This document shows, in pieces, positions 8,211 to 17,003 of a stretch of 64,000 nt of DNA. Made by a program: the position numbers and the translations under genes. The DNA is taken from contig JAHIPV010000017.1 in NCBI GenBank assembly GCA_018902845.1, forward strand, positions 16,438-80,437. The letters are read 5' to 3'. The stretch's first letter is position 1. Each line of letters begins with the position of its first letter. A model generated the notes under the pieces. It had not been told where the DNA came from and ran no database searches. It worked only from the letters and a program-made list of their open reading frames with translations. The DNA is from Patescibacteria group bacterium (GTDB lineage Bacteria; Patescibacteriota; Microgenomatia; UBA12405).

Positions 8211-11006
8211 ATGTCTAAAATAAAAATATCCACCAATTTTACCCCAGTCGAATCAAAACCAGATTTCGCTAAAAACGAAACAAAAACTCTTCAGTGGTGG
8301 TACAAAAACGACATTGTCAGCAAATATCTCCACAAAAACGACAACTCTTCCAAAAAATTTTCCTTTTTAGACGGCCCTATCACCGCCAACAACCCCATGG
8401 GTGTCCATCATGCTCGTGGCCGTACCATAAAAGATGTTTTTCAGCGCTACAAAAACACCCAAGGCTTTGCCCAACGATTTCAAAATGGCTTTGATTGTCA
8501 AGGTCTGTGGGTTGAAGTCGAAGTAGAAAAAGAAGTTGGCTTCAATTGCAAAAAAGACATCGTTAATTACGGTTTAGATAAATTTACCAACGCCTGTATA
8601 GCTCGTGTCAACAAATTCGCCAAAATCCAAACCGAACAATCCAAAAGACTGGCCATGTTTATGGATTGGGACAACTCCTATTACACCATGTCAGAAAACA
8701 ACAATCTCTATATCTGGCACTTCCTCAAAAAAGTTCATCAAAAAGGTTGGTTATACAAAAAAAAATCTGCCGCCACCTGGTGTCCCAGATGCGAAACAGG
8801 TCTATCTCAACACGAACAAGCTGATGGTTACAAAGATATTACCGATACTTCCGTATATCTAAAATTTAAACTTAAAAACAAAACCAACGAATACGTATTG
8901 GCCTGGACCACTACACCCTGGACACTTTCTGCCAACGTATTACTAACTATTAATACAAATTTCCAATACGTTAAGGCAAAATACGGTTCCGATTATTTTT
9001 ACCTAGCCAAGGACTCTGCCGACAGACTAAAACTAACTGATTACGAAATAATCGACCCAAATTCACTTTTGAATCTTGAATATGAATCACTTTATAATAT
9101 TCCGGCTCAAAAAAACGTCAAACACTACATTGCCCAGTGGGATCTGGTTGATCCGGTTGAAGGAACCGGAGTGGTTCATGTAGCACCAGGCTGTGGACAA
9201 GAAGATTTCCAGCTCGGTCAAAAACTAAATTCTGGTATGATTGCCCCTTTAGACGAAACAGGTCATTTTATGGAGGGTTTTGGAGAACTTACAGGTAAAT
9301 ACGCCCACCATGTTGCCAATATGGTTTTTGACCACCTCAAAAAAACCAATACTTTTTTTAAACAAGAATCTATCACCCATCGCTATCCGCACTGTTGGAG
9401 ATGTGGCACCAAATGCCTCTTTCGCCTAGAAGACAGTTGGTTTATAGATTGCAACCAAGTCAGACCAATGCTCAAAAAAAATGCTAACGACGCCAAGTGG
9501 ATACCAAAACATATCGGCAAAAGAATGCAAAACTGGCTAGACAACATGCAAGACTGGATGATCAGTCGAAAACGTTTCTATGGGTTAAGTCTGCCATTTT
9601 ATGAATGCAGTTGTGGACATTTAACAGTAATAGGGTCCAAAGATGAACTAAGAAAACTGGCTGTCAATCCAAAACTGGTTGATAAACTTCCCAGCCTACA
9701 TCGGCCATGGATCGACCAAGTAGAAATTATCTGCCCTAAATGCCAAAAAAACATAAAAAGGATTACCGACGTGGGAGATTGTTGGCTTGATGCCGGAGCC
9801 GTTCCCTTTTCCACCTTAAAATATTTAAGCGACAAAAAATATTGGCAAAAATGGTTCCCAGCAGATTTTATCTGTGAAATGACAGAACAAATCAGACTCT
9901 GGTATTACTCTATGCTCTTTTTTGGAACAGTTTTGGAAAACAAAATACCATATTTGGCTGTTTTAAATTATTCCGAAGTACGAGATCAAAAAGGTGAAAG
10001 AATGAGCAAAACCAAAGGAAACGGAATTCCTTTTGATGATGCAGTAGAAAAAATGGGCGCCGACGCTATGCGATGGCTCTATTGCAAACAAAAATCACAC
10101 AACGTGGTTAATTTTGGATACGATATTGCCAACGACGTCAAAAAAAACTTTCTCCTTATTCTTTGGAACACTTATCGTTTTTTTGTTAACCACGCCGATA
10201 ATCAAAACTGGAAACCAGGAAGCAATTTTAATCCAACCCACGTTTTAGATAAATGGATATTATCACGCCTAAACCAAACGATAAAATCCACCACTCAGCA
10301 TTTAGATAAATACAATACAGCCAAAACCACCGAATCTGTCGAGAATTTTATCCAAGATCTGTCTACTTGGTATGTTAGACAATCGCGCCAAAGAACAGAG
10401 TGCCTCGATACCCTATATTTCTGTCTACAACAAACTCTTCTTTTGATAACCCCAATCACACCATACATAAGTGAAGAAATTTACCAAAATCTCAATCAAT
10501 CACATTACAAAGATAAAAAATCCATCCACTTGGAAAATTGGCCTCAGGTAGACAAAAACAAAATAGACTTATCGTTAAACCAACAGATGGATCTAGTCAG
10601 AGAAATTTGTCAATTAATCCATGCCCAAAGACAAAAAGATGCCATAAAAACACGCCAACCGTTGGAATCTGTCACCATAAAAACTATTCACCAAAAATTA
10701 CCCGACAAATTACAACAATTAATAAAACTGGAAACCAACATAAAAACAATAAAATGGAAAATCACAAAATCAGGAACAAAAATTATTCTAAATACCAAGC
10801 TCACTCCTGCCCTTATACAAGAAGGAAAGTATAGAGACCTAACTAGACAAATTCAGATCTTAAGAAAAGAAAACAATTTAAATCTTAAAGACAAAATAAA
10901 AATATTTTCCCCAAATTGGCCAAAATCATTCGAAAAACAACTTTTGGAAAAGACACTGGCAGTCTCCATCGAAAAATCAGACAATCTTAAAATAGAAAAA
11001 GTCTAA
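8211..11006 (+). CDS. ileS: Isoleucyl-tRNA synthetase (class I, type-2/eukaryote-like architecture)
   Basis: HIGH-type motif 'PITANNPMGVHHARGRT', IleRS-typical 'WTTTPWTLSANV', KMSKS motif 'KGERMSKTKGNGI', editing-domain region. Confidence 0.85.
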   Translation: MSKIKISTNFTPVESKPDFAKNETKTLQWWYKNDIVSKYLHKNDNSSKKFSFLDGPITANNPMGVHHARGRTIKDVFQRYKNTQGFAQRFQNGFDCQGLWVEVEVEKEVGFNCKKDIVNYGLDKFTNACIARVNKFAKIQTEQSKRLAMFMDWDNSYYTMSENNNLYIWHFLKKVHQKGWLYKKKSAATWCPRCETGLSQHEQADGYKDITDTSVYLKFKLKNKTNEYVLAWTTTPWTLSANVLLTINTNFQYVKAKYGSDYFYLAKDSADRLKLTDYEIIDPNSLLNLEYESLYNIPAQKNVKHYIAQWDLVDPVEGTGVVHVAPGCGQEDFQLGQKLNSGMIAPLDETGHFMEGFGELTGKYAHHVANMVFDHLKKTNTFFKQESITHRYPHCWRCGTKCLFRLEDSWFIDCNQVRPMLKKNANDAKWIPKHIGKRMQNWLDNMQDWMISRKRFYGLSLPFYECSCGHLTVIGSKDELRKLAVNPKLVDKLPSLHRPWIDQVEIICPKCQKNIKRITDVGDCWLDAGAVPFSTLKYLSDKKYWQKWFPADFICEMTEQIRLWYYSMLFFGTVLENKIPYLAVLNYSEVRDQKGERMSKTKGNGIPFDDAVEKMGADAMRWLYCKQKSHNVVNFGYDIANDVKKNFLLILWNTYRFFVNHADNQNWKPGSNFNPTHVLDKWILSRLNQTIKSTTQHLDKYNTAKTTESVENFIQDLSTWYVRQSRQRTECLDTLYFCLQQTLLLITPITPYISEEIYQNLNQSHYKDKKSIHLENWPQVDKNKIDLSLNQQMDLVREICQLIHAQRQKDAIKTRQPLESVTIKTIHQKLPDKLQQLIKLETNIKTIKWKITKSGTKIILNTKLTPALIQEGKYRDLTRQIQILRKENNLNLKDKIKIFSPNWPKSFEKQLLEKTLAVSIEKSDNLKIEKV

Positions 11007-12001
11007 TGAACAAAAGATTTCTTCTGCCTATTTTCTTAAGCCTGCTAATACTTTTTTCTTTTAACATTTTAATGGTAAATTCACTGGCTCCTCAACTGGT
11101 TGGCAAACAAACATTATCATGGGGAATCGGAATCTTTCTATTCTTTGTCGGAAAACAAATTAATATCAAACAAATAGCTCGTTACAAACAAATTATTCTG
11201 TTCACCTCTTGTGTTTTATTATTAATTCCAATTCTGCAAAAAAATACAACTAGGGGTACACTCCGCTGGATTCACATTGGAAACATTCAAATTCAACCAT
11301 CAGAAATAGTAAGACCATGGTTAACCGTAGTCTTGGTCAATACACAACAATACCTTTACATAATTATTCCTGCTCTTTTGGTTTTTTTTCAACCAGATCT
11401 GGGTGGAGCCATATCAACTCTCTCTATCCTCATACCGTTTTTGCTGTATGACCAAAGGCTCCGTAAAACATTATTTATAATTTTGGGAATACTAACCATT
11501 TCTTCCCCATTCATATGGAAATTCGCTCTTCGTGATTATCAAAAGGATAGAATTATTTTTTTCCTCAATCCCAACAAAGATCCAAAAGGAAAGGGGTACA
11601 ATTTAATACAATCAAAAATAGCCATCGGTTCAGGTGGAATTTTGGGAAAAGGTTACAAAAAGGGAACACAAGGACAGCTGTTATTCTTACCGGAAAAACA
11701 CACAGACTTTATATTTGCCGCCATAGCGGAAGAAATTGGTTTATTGGCCATCGCTATACTTCTTAGTACTTACTATCTACTTATACAAACTTTAATTACC
11801 AAGTCTTTTTATAACAAAAAAAACATCACCTCGTTATTCACATTAAGTCTAGCCAGTCAAATCTGGTTGCAAACTTTCATAAATATTGGAATGAATCTTG
11901 GCATTCTGCCGGTTACTGGTACTCCACTCCCTTTTGTTTCGGTCGGAGGATCGTCTATTATGTCTCTATTGTTTTCTCTCGGCATCGCATTTTCATCTTA
12001 A
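11006..12001 (+). CDS. Second SEDS-family protein (RodA/FtsW paralog)
   Basis: 'QPSEIVRP' and 'GSGGILGKGYKKGTQGQLLFLPEKHTDFIFAAIAEEIG' SEDS motifs, polytopic membrane protein. Start overlaps the ileS stop. Confidence 0.75.
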   Translation: MNKRFLLPIFLSLLILFSFNILMVNSLAPQLVGKQTLSWGIGIFLFFVGKQINIKQIARYKQIILFTSCVLLLIPILQKNTTRGTLRWIHIGNIQIQPSEIVRPWLTVVLVNTQQYLYIIIPALLVFFQPDLGGAISTLSILIPFLLYDQRLRKTLFIILGILTISSPFIWKFALRDYQKDRIIFFLNPNKDPKGKGYNLIQSKIAIGSGGILGKGYKKGTQGQLLFLPEKHTDFIFAAIAEEIGLLAIAILLSTYYLLIQTLITKSFYNKKNITSLFTLSLASQIWLQTFINIGMNLGILPVTGTPLPFVSVGGSSIMSLLFSLGIAFSS

Positions 12002-12009
12002 ATTACTAC

Positions 12010-12021
12010 TGTCATCCCGCC
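12010..12021. repeat. Left arm of a perfect 12-bp inverted repeat bracketing rplU (TGTCATCCCGCC). Right arm at 12504-12515.
   Basis: Read directly: TGTCATCCCGCC at 12010-12021 and GGCGGGATGACA at 12504-12515. Both carry the TGTCAT terminus of the repeat family. Confidence 0.7.
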
Positions 12022-12116
12022 GTGTCCGCCTATGGAAGAAGCGTAACAGAGAGATCCTATTGAAAATTTAAACTTTAGATTTTAGATTTAGCTAAATCGT
12101 GCTATAATCTCAAAAT

Positions 12117-12512
12117 ATGAAATACGCTATACTTGCTATATCAGGATCGCAATATCTTGTTGAAGAAAACAAAATATATACAATTGACAAGACAAAATCT
12201 AAAGAAAACGACATAATCACCAGCGATCAAGTCCTTCTATTTGTTAACGACAAAGATATTAAAATAGGCACTCCTCTAGTTAAAAACGCAGAAGTTGAAT
12301 ATAAAATCGCTAAACACTACAAAGGTAAAAAACTTAGAGTATTCCAATACAAGGCCAAATCTAGATACCGTCGCAGGCTAGGATTTCGACCACAGCTCAC
12401 TGATATTCAAATATTAAAAATCACCATTAATACAAAAACAGCCAAAAAACAACCTAAAACCGTTATCCCAAGCAAAGCCAAGAGGTCACCGCATCCCACC
12501 ATGGCGGGATGA
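12117..12512 (+). CDS. rplU: 50S ribosomal protein L21, with a C-terminal basic extension
   Basis: 'MKYAILAISGSQYLVEENKIY...FQYKAKSRYRRRLGFRPQLTDIQILKI' is the L21 fold. The last codons and the TGA stop lie inside repeat arm 12504-12515. Confidence 0.85.
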   Translation: MKYAILAISGSQYLVEENKIYTIDKTKSKENDIITSDQVLLFVNDKDIKIGTPLVKNAEVEYKIAKHYKGKKLRVFQYKAKSRYRRRLGFRPQLTDIQILKITINTKTAKKQPKTVIPSKAKRSPHPTMAG

Positions 12513-12521
12513 CATTCGTTT

Positions 12522-12559
12522 TGTCATTGCGAGCGAAGCGTGGCAATCCCGTCGGAATT
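12522..12559. repeat. Short form (about 38 bp) of the repeat family. Near-identical copy at 61766-61803.
   Basis: 'TGTCATTGCGAGCGAAGCGTGGCAATCCCGTCGGAATT' versus '...CCCATCGGAAAT' at 61766. Both sit just 3' of a ribosomal-protein gene (rplU, rplS). Confidence 0.8.
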
Positions 12560-12744
12560 AAAACAAACCGATATTTAATCATTTTTCGCAATTTATTATT
12601 TGTAATTTGAGATTTGGAATTTGGAATTTTAAAATTTCAACTTCAAATTTAGTATTACAGTTTGAAATCATTTTTCGCAATCTGTAATTTTTAAGTTATA
12701 ACTTGAAAATTCTTTAGTCCGCCTTTGGCGGAGTAATTTGGAAA

Positions 12745-12772
12745 TTGTAATTTGTTAAAAATTATATATAAT
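12745..12772 (+). promoter_or_regulatory. Candidate sigma70-like promoter for rpmA
   Basis: TTGTAA (12745-12750), 16-nt spacer, TATAAT (12767-12772), 9 nt before the rpmA ATG. No obvious SD sequence. Confidence 0.3.
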
Positions 12773-12781
12773 TTTTAAACC

Positions 12782-13033
12782 ATGGCACATACAAAATCAC
12801 AAGGTAAAACTAGACAAAAATCAAACCGCATCGGAAAAAGAAGAGGCGTTAAGCGTTTTGGTGGCCAAAAAGTTTCAGTCGGTGAAATTTTGGTTCGTCA
12901 AGTGGGGTCAAAATTCCACTCCGGCCTAGGAACTAAAACAGGCAAAGATTTCACCATCTACGCCATAAAAGCAGGACTTGTTAAATTCTTCAAAAAACAC
13001 GACAAACAGTTCATCTCAGTAGTTAAAGCCTAA
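12782..13033 (+). CDS. rpmA: 50S ribosomal protein L27
   Basis: 'MAHTKSQGKTRQKSNRIGKRRGVKRFGGQKVSVGEILVRQVGSKFHSGLG' is a near-canonical L27 N-terminus. Confidence 0.95.
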   Translation: MAHTKSQGKTRQKSNRIGKRRGVKRFGGQKVSVGEILVRQVGSKFHSGLGTKTGKDFTIYAIKAGLVKFFKKHDKQFISVVKA

Positions 13034-13088
13034 ACTGATACATTTCATCCTATTTTTTTCACCCCTGTTTTCATGATACTTTAATACC

Positions 13089-13967
13089 ATGAAAAGCATC
13101 ACCCAAATCTCTCCTAATCAACTGGAACCAAACCCCTTACAACCACGTGGCAATATCGATCCGGAATCAATCAAAGACTTAATAGAATCAATAAAACAAC
13201 ACGGCATTCTCGAACCTTTAGTTATTGCCCACACTCCGGCCGGTTATCAAATCATAGCAGGAGAACGCCGTTGGCGGGCCGCTCGTTTTCTAAAATTAGA
13301 ACATGTTCCTGTTGTTATAAAAAAGGTCAATCCCCAGCAAATGTTGGAAATGGCCATGGTCGAAAATCTTCAAAGAAAAGATCTAAATCCACTGGAAAGA
13401 GCCAAAGCATTCATAAGACTTAAGGAAGAATTTGGCCTAGACAACAAACAAGTTTCAAAAAAAATATCCAAAAGTGTTCCATATATCATAAACAGCCTCC
13501 GCCTCTTGGATCTTCCCGACACACTAAAAGATGGCTTACTTTCAGAACTTATTACAGAAGGACACGCCAGAGCCCTTGGCAGTATAAGAGATATTAGGCT
13601 TACCATAGAAGCATACAAAATGGTTCTCAAAGAAAAAGCTTCTGTCAGAAGAGCTGAAGAAATAGCCAGAAGAATGAAGAAGAAAATAGAAGAAGGAGAG
13701 GTACCGATAACCAAAGAAAATATTCCACAATTCTTAAAATCTAATCTAGACGATATAACCCAAAACATGAAAACTGTTTTTTCACCAAAAACAACCAGTA
13801 TAAAAATTACTCAAACTAACGTAGTCACCAGAATCACTGTTCAATTCAAAGGATCAGTAGACAACAGATTGAAAAACCTAAACGTTTTATACAAAAAACT
13901 CTGCAACAAACAAATTAAAAGCCCACAGACGGAACCAGACCAATCGAATCAATCGGCCAATATTTAA
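13089..13967 (+). CDS. parB: Chromosome partitioning protein ParB/Spo0J
   Basis: ParB N-terminal box 'GILEPLVIAH...YQIIAGERRWRAARFL', HTH region, C-terminal dimerisation region. Confidence 0.85.
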   Translation: MKSITQISPNQLEPNPLQPRGNIDPESIKDLIESIKQHGILEPLVIAHTPAGYQIIAGERRWRAARFLKLEHVPVVIKKVNPQQMLEMAMVENLQRKDLNPLERAKAFIRLKEEFGLDNKQVSKKISKSVPYIINSLRLLDLPDTLKDGLLSELITEGHARALGSIRDIRLTIEAYKMVLKEKASVRRAEEIARRMKKKIEEGEVPITKENIPQFLKSNLDDITQNMKTVFSPKTTSIKITQTNVVTRITVQFKGSVDNRLKNLNVLYKKLCNKQIKSPQTEPDQSNQSANI

Positions 13968-14514
13968 AAAAAGCCTTACCCACTATCAAACTTCCATCAA
14001 TAGGTCCAAACTCACGACCATCTCGCGAATGTGATCTGTTATCGCCAAAACACAAGTATTGACCATCGGGAACTATTCTGGCAATGCCTTCTTCACAAAA
14101 ACTTCCGGAGTCTGTATAAAAATCCGTTGGCAAAAAACTTTGATCAAGCATGGCACCGTTTAAATAAACCTGCCCTCCTCGAACCATAACTTCATCCCCA
14201 GGGACTCCTATCACCCTTTTTATATATTCACACTCATCTTCGGAACAAGGCTCGCTTGGGGGGGCTTTAAACACCACTACGTCACCTCTTTGGGGTTCGC
14301 CAAACTGATAAGAAATCTTGTCGGTTAACAGATACTCCCCGTTGGTAAAATTCGGCAACATTGAACTTCCTTTCACCTCATTTGGTTGAGCCACGAACAA
14401 ATACAAAAGAACAAAAACAGATAAGGCCAAAACTATCGACTGAACAAACTCCAAGATAAAAGAACCAAAGGAAAAACCTTTTTCGGATTTAAAATTAATT
14501 TTCATAAGTACCAT
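13915..14514 (-). CDS. lepB: Signal peptidase I (S26)
   Basis: N-terminal TM, catalytic Ser box 'KGSSMLPNF', 'YIKRVIGVPGDEV', 'FGDNRSHSRDGREFGPI' (Lys/box E). Confidence 0.85.
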   Translation of the reverse strand: MVLMKINFKSEKGFSFGSFILEFVQSIVLALSVFVLLYLFVAQPNEVKGSSMLPNFTNGEYLLTDKISYQFGEPQRGDVVVFKAPPSEPCSEDECEYIKRVIGVPGDEVMVRGGQVYLNGAMLDQSFLPTDFYTDSGSFCEEGIARIVPDGQYLCFGDNRSHSRDGREFGPIDGSLIVGKAFFKYWPIDSIGLVPSVGF

Positions 14515-14567
14515 TCTACAACTACCATTCTCTCCCTACAACCCCATGGTTGTATAATTAAGCACCC

Positions 14568-14670
14568 GTCATTGCGAGGAGTCCGATTAATCGGAGGACG
14601 TGGCAATCCCGTAGGAAATGTAGAAAACATGATTAACAATCCAACAAAATCCCGCCACTGCGGGATGACA
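14568..14670. repeat. Composite member of the repeat family, immediately upstream of tRNA-Val
   Basis: 'GTCATTGCGAGG'-TCCGATTAATCGGA hairpin-'CGTGGCAATCCCGTAGG'...'CCCGCCACTGCGGGATGACA'. It carries both the conserved 5' end and the CGGGATGACA 3' end. Confidence 0.65.
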
Positions 14671-14697
14671 AAAGTTTAGAAATTTAAAATTTTTAGC

Positions 14698-14770
14698 GGA
14701 CAATTAGCTCAGTTGGTAGAGCATTCCGTTCACATCGGAAAGGTCGCAGGTTCAAGTCCTGCATTGTCCA
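14698..14770 (+). tRNA. tRNA-Val (anticodon CAC). Coordinates +/-2.
   Basis: Manual cloverleaf: acceptor GGACAAT/ATTGTCC, D-arm GCTC-AGTTGGTA-GAGC, anticodon stem TTCCG/CGGAA with loop TTCACAT, T-arm GCAGG-TTCAAGT-CCTGC. No encoded CCA. Confidence 0.8.
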
Positions 14771-14777
14771 CATTAAA

Positions 14778-16331
14778 TTACCAAACTTCTCTCAACAATT
14801 TTCCCATAATTACACCCTTACTAATCACAGTTTCGTAGTCCATTTCAAAATAATTTTCTTTCATTTCCTCAAGTAAAATTCCAGCCCACCTATAACTCAC
14901 CGCTCCAAATTGATCCGGTTGTTGGCCTTTTGCTTCTTTCAATCTAGTAATCCTGTCAATCAATGATTTTTCTATTTTCATCTGCCTTAACTTTTCATCA
15001 GCTTCTTCATAAGTCACAGTTCCTGTCAGCTCCGTATTAATCACATCTCCTAAATTTTCTACTAGTCTTGTACTAAGTACCATTTCTTTTTTTCTTTTTC
15101 TAAAAGAAAAAATAACATCCAACAAAGAATCACTATTATTTTCCTCTGCGAAAACAACACAACCTAACAGATCTTCGTCAAAGGGATATTGATTTAACAA
15201 TAAATTACAATCTTTTCTAATCAATTCATAAACAGGATCAGTCCAAAAACCCAAAAACATTTCTTTTTCCTCAACGTCAAAAAAATAAAATTTTGTCTCC
15301 CCAATCGAAATATTATCTTCAAAATATCTCCAACTATCTTCATTTCCGCTGTTTCCGGTTATCAAATGATATTCGCCTCCGCTACCAATAGGTATTACAT
15401 TTACACCACAGCCATTAATATCTCCTCTATTTTCTACTACCACAAAGCCTGTCTCATCTGACTCTACTGGTTCATCCCCACCACAAAAAACCTTCAGATA
15501 AGCAGGCGATCCAATATAAAATACCAAAGAATCAGATAAATCTAAAACATCTGAAACCAAAATATCATCAGCTTCAAAACCAAGCTCGTTTAATACATAA
15601 GCAGTACTATTATCAACAATCTCTCCATGATTAGAAAATACCGAATTACTCCCAAAACCATCAACAATCGCACTTTTTTGCAAAACAGTTCCGTCACCCA
15701 AAAGAGTATCTTCATACCTCAACGGCCTACCATCCACCCATCTTCCCAACAATTTGTCAAATGTACTTCTTTCCCCCAAAACAGCATATTCACTCGTATC
15801 AAATCCTATTCCACCAACAGTCAGCAGGGTATCGGAAATATCCAAAACACTTTCATTTTTATTCTTTACATAATTGTTGACAGTATACAAACCTTGATAG
15901 GGGATTAAGTCTGAACCATACTTAGCAAAATCAAAAACCGGTAAAATATCTTTTAAAGAAGGACTAAAATCCTGAACTAATTCAACAGAAGAAATGGGGT
16001 AATTTTTTTTATTTAACTGCAACAATACATTTAAAGCAATAGAACTTACACCCCCACCAAATTCCGCCCCACTCCACGCATTATATGCCTTAATAGCTCC
16101 AAGATGAGGGCTTCCCAAACTAATTACTTTATTTAATCTTGTATCATCTTTATTATCCTGTGCCCACATTCTGCCGACCATACCCCCCAAACTATGCCCC
16201 ACAATAGTAAAATTCTTCTCTACGGGTATTTTTTCATCTACAAATTCATCAAACCTTTCGACAATTTCGGAAACTGGTCTTCTCCAATCATAATTCCAAA
16301 CAAACAAATCAGCCGTCTCTCCAATACCCAC
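14778..16331 (-). CDS. Alpha/beta-hydrolase lipase/acyltransferase of the LCAT/PGAP1-like type
   Basis: 'FVWNYDWRR' (LCAT-type YDWR motif) followed by the nucleophile elbow 'VGHSLGGMV'. Large, uncharacterised C-terminal half. Confidence 0.6.
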   Translation of the reverse strand: MGIGETADLFVWNYDWRRPVSEIVERFDEFVDEKIPVEKNFTIVGHSLGGMVGRMWAQDNKDDTRLNKVISLGSPHLGAIKAYNAWSGAEFGGGVSSIALNVLLQLNKKNYPISSVELVQDFSPSLKDILPVFDFAKYGSDLIPYQGLYTVNNYVKNKNESVLDISDTLLTVGGIGFDTSEYAVLGERSTFDKLLGRWVDGRPLRYEDTLLGDGTVLQKSAIVDGFGSNSVFSNHGEIVDNSTAYVLNELGFEADDILVSDVLDLSDSLVFYIGSPAYLKVFCGGDEPVESDETGFVVVENRGDINGCGVNVIPIGSGGEYHLITGNSGNEDSWRYFEDNISIGETKFYFFDVEEKEMFLGFWTDPVYELIRKDCNLLLNQYPFDEDLLGCVVFAEENNSDSLLDVIFSFRKRKKEMVLSTRLVENLGDVINTELTGTVTYEEADEKLRQMKIEKSLIDRITRLKEAKGQQPDQFGAVSYRWAGILLEEMKENYFEMDYETVISKGVIMGKLLREVW

Positions 16332-16487
16332 AGTAGTCTCATCCTCATACCCCTTAGATTTTAAAGTGTTTATTAAACCATCGTAATTTTTTACAAAAGG
16401 TGTACTCTAATACATCATAATTAACATCTTTAATTAAATCGTTGCACACAAAGAAGACACAACTAAAAATACTCAGGATTTAATAAA

Positions 16488-16979
16488 ATGAGGTTAAGCA
16501 AAGCTTTTAGAAAAAGAATAGAATTAGGTTATATGGATTTGTATACAAAACTACAAACGAAAGAAACGAAAGTCAAACAAAATACTAAAAAAGTTGACAC
16601 TAAATACATAGTGGCAATAATAATAAGTTTAATAATTGGCGCTTCAGTCTTAGGCTATGGGTTTCTTAATTACCAATACAAAATGAATGCCTTGAATGAA
16701 AAGACAAGATCAGAGGAACAAGCAATTGAACAAAAGAAAGCAGAAGAAGAAGCAATAAAACAACAATATGCTGATTGTGCAAAAGAAGCAGTAAAAAGAG
16801 CACAAGACATTTTAAAAAGCAGGGTGGAACTAATGGAATCCACAGGTAAAACAAACAATACTGAATACAAAATGTGGAAAGAGGCAATAAAAAAGAATCT
16901 ATTTGACAAAGATGACAAAAATGAATATTACAACGATTGTCTCAAGAAATACGGTCTAGAACTTACCGTAGAAGAATAA
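16488..16979 (+). CDS. Hypothetical single-pass membrane protein with a coiled-coil ectodomain
   Basis: TM 'YIVAIIISLIIGASVLGYGFL', then the E/K/A-rich heptad-like 'EEQAIEQKKAEEEAIKQQ'. No recognisable domain. The antisense L-rich ORFs in this span look spurious. Confidence 0.3.
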   Translation: MRLSKAFRKRIELGYMDLYTKLQTKETKVKQNTKKVDTKYIVAIIISLIIGASVLGYGFLNYQYKMNALNEKTRSEEQAIEQKKAEEEAIKQQYADCAKEAVKRAQDILKSRVELMESTGKTNNTEYKMWKEAIKKNLFDKDDKNEYYNDCLKKYGLELTVEE

Positions 16980-17003
16980 AATTACAAATTCATTGAGAGA
17001 TAA

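Noticed and set aside
8294-8862. 66- and 85-aa plus-strand ORFs in an alternate frame of ileS, and 9599-9835 minus, 10538-10834 plus
   Set aside because: All lie within the ileS coding frame, which carries HIGH/KMSKS motifs. Compositionally biased translations.
12500-12781. A Prp/YsxB-like protease gene between rplU and rpmA
   Set aside because: No ORF of adequate length in any frame. The spacer is made of short repeats.
13370-13768. Minus-strand ORFs antisense to parB
   Set aside because: Overlap a well-supported parB frame. No motifs.
16666-16918. Leu-rich minus-strand ORFs antisense to 16488-16979
   Set aside because: Poly-Leu translation from the antisense of a Glu/Lys/Ala coiled-coil region. 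A classic artefact.
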